From a virus: 64,000 nucleotides of DNA. Position 1 is the stretch's first letter, and each line of letters starts with the position of its first letter. Both the position numbers and the translations under genes were made by a program. Shown here one piece after another: positions 62,274 to 64,000 of the stretch. Under the pieces are notes generated by a model. That model was not told the origin of the DNA, did no database searches, and saw nothing but the letters and a program-made list of their open reading frames with translations. The stretch lies in IMG/VR virus record IMGVR_UViG_3300045988_148153, positions 1-64,000 of that record; one strand, given 5' to 3'.

Positions 62274-62724
62274 TTATACATAGTTCTTTGACATGATTAG
62301 ATATATAATATAAGATATATTTCTGCGTAGGCACAGAAGCGAAGCCCGGACGGGTGGATAGTGGTGGGTGCAAGTGGAACGGAATTGACACCGATAGCAA
62401 CCAAGGATAAGCCGATGACGGGCGAATGGTTGCAAATGTCTGATAGTGGTAAAGCCACAAAGTTGAAACGAACTTTCTTTCAGCCAAGAAAATCATCTTT
62501 ACTTGTGCAAGTATGCGGGGTAGGTGTCCGTATCGCTGAAAGATACAGGTCATAAAGACAACATAAGCGTCCGATACAGTCTTAAATCGGTATAAAGTAG
62601 CGGTGGTAATGAAAGGCGGCCGTACACGCTTATTATATATACTCCCTTCCCGTCAAATTCGGGCACGCTGAAAAGCCAAACACGTATTGTTGCGTTGAGG
62701 GGAGCACTTAATATTGAAATTAAT

Positions 62725-63096
62725 ATGAGAGACAGAGAAGTTACTTTTGACGGAAAGAACCTTTCCTTTTACATTGACAATGTTCAGATTGTCAATGGAG
62801 AAATGCCGGATTCATATGAAATAAACGGTAAATATACAATTGACAATGAATCTTTAACCAGATTAGTATCCGCTTTGAAAAAAGATGTATATGGCGTGGT
62901 GAAACAGAAAATATTTAGTAGTTCCTATCTGGGCTGTAAGTCATCATATTACTATTGGATATATTCCCAAAATGATCTTCCGGAAGGAGTGGAAGATATG
63001 ATTAATGCTCTTAACAGAAGGGTGAAAGAACTGGAAGGAGATATAGAGTATCATAACAGCTTGCCGTGGTATAAACGGTTCAAAAAAATAGAATAA
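62725..63096 (+). CDS. hypothetical protein
   Basis: ATG at 62725 within the 133-aa ORF. Confidence 0.5.
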   Translation: MRDREVTFDGKNLSFYIDNVQIVNGEMPDSYEINGKYTIDNESLTRLVSALKKDVYGVVKQKIFSSSYLGCKSSYYYWIYSQNDLPEGVEDMINALNRRVKELEGDIEYHNSLPWYKRFKKIE

Positions 63097-63362
63097 ATAA
63101 TTCCCGTGGCTCTCAATAGATGTTTGAGAGTAGTAAAGCTACCATCGGAACGCTCACGGGAGCAATTATTCCATTATAAACCTAATGCTGTACAGGCAAG
63201 CGTACCTATTTATGAAAAAGAAGAAAAAATCAATCCGCCTTTCAAAGAAGAGAAGCGGATTAAAATCAAAAGGATGGATAATTTCAGAAGATGGTACAAG
63301 TTATTTTAAACTACCATCAAATCTGCATAATGAATCATCATTGCGCCCCGTCCAAAATTCCA

Positions 63363-63620
63363 TCATAGGAGGTTTTGTTCACCAACCAAATGAATAAGGT
63401 CAAATTGCATGATATACCCGCAATCACTACATGTCATTGACAAAACGGGCTTATATGCAACCTTGTCTATCACAAGGCTTGTTCCTCTGCGTTCGTACAT
63501 CATGTTTTGTACTTCATCGGTGTCGTAATTTAGGTTACCACATTTACATACCGGGAATTTCAACTCTTTTGGAGCGAGTTTTGATAAGGCGAGAGTTAGG
63601 TTTTCTTTTGAGATTTTCAT
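63363..63620 (-). CDS. zinc-ribbon protein
   Basis: CKCG ... CSDCG pairs. Confidence 0.5.
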   Translation of the reverse strand: MKISKENLTLALSKLAPKELKFPVCKCGNLNYDTDEVQNMMYERRGTSLVIDKVAYKPVLSMTCSDCGYIMQFDLIHLVGEQNLL

Positions 63621-63951
63621 AATTAATAAATTTTAAAATTCGACAATAGCAAAAGTAACAATAAAAAACAAAGGGCGCATCTTGTTCCATGATAATTTTA
63701 AAATTCGGCACTTTAAATTTTATTTGGTGTGCCCTTTATCTCCTTTTCCTGACAATGACGTGATGCCGCCAATCGAATTGGCTCAGGGGAACAAAACTGT
63801 AAAAAATATGCAATGTTGGTATTTGGTTCATTCACGAACCTTGTTTTCAGACATGGCAAGCCCCCGTTCGTGAGAATAGAGGCTTTCCTTCGGAGTTAGG
63901 ACATGCGTTATTGCATTCCAGACTATAGATGAAGTATTTGTTTAGTCGTAG

Positions 63952-63982
63952 CCGGGCGGTCTGTGAAGATAGTCCGGTTTTT
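63952..63982 (+). terminator. hairpin + T-tract
   Basis: CCGGGC-N14-GTCCGG followed by TTTTT. Confidence 0.5.
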
Positions 63983-64000
63983 ATTTGAAACCCACTAATA

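Noticed and set aside
62057-62553. Minus-strand ORFs 62057-62281 and 62212-62553
   Set aside because: They run through the tRNA-like element and the GC-rich non-coding block. Their composition is atypical (Cys, Arg and Pro rich).

Overview
The window is almost entirely a Bacteroidales-type tailed (siphovirus-like) temperate phage or prophage. Host assignment rests on TAnnTTTG -7 boxes, lipoprotein signal peptides and a BACON domain. I saw no rRNA, CRISPR array or host housekeeping genes. Layout: (1) 1-11.7 kb, plus strand, early module: octapeptide-repeat protein cut by the window edge, SSAP + YqaJ exonuclease + NinB-like genes, VRR-NUC, replication organizer + DnaC-like ATPase, three consecutive DNA methyltransferases, DUF551, YopX and small ORFs. 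(2) 11.7-13.7 kb: switch region with a structured leader in front of a 44-codon ORF, plus HTH and HExxH genes. (3) 13.8-47.4 kb, minus strand: lysis cassette (M15 endolysin interrupted by a LAGLIDADG intein, holin), tail fibre and host-specificity genes, a 9.4-kb AT-rich accessory island (25.8-35.2 kb) between the distal-tail gene and the tape-measure region, a 1649-aa tape measure, a split HNH homing endonuclease, chaperones, a BACON-tagged tail tube, connector, capsid and scaffold genes, and a Com-like zinc-ribbon ORF. (4) 47.6-52.1 kb, plus strand: terminase, portal, MuF-like protein. (5) 52.1-54.8 kb, minus strand: SF3 helicase operon. (6) 54.8-55.9 kb: 1.07-kb non-coding control region. 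(7) 55.9-64 kb: a compact tyrosine integrase, a decayed second integrase/Rha module, an aberrant tRNA-like element and ORF-free GC-rich blocks. Leads most worth follow-up: a recurrent promoter, operator and leader hairpin with U-tract in front of every late operon (suggests antitermination control); a long-range anti-RBS leader at 11.7-12.1 kb; the intein in the endolysin; a C5-methyltransferase with seven tandem TRD-like modules; an iteron cluster inside the replication gene with a perfect 36-bp inverted copy beside a dead integrase; a DUF4411/ImmA pair and membrane/lipoprotein morons in the island; and the tRNA-like element. All family names come from motif recognition by eye. No searches were run. 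Several accessory genes carry frameshifts that could equally be homopolymer sequencing errors.
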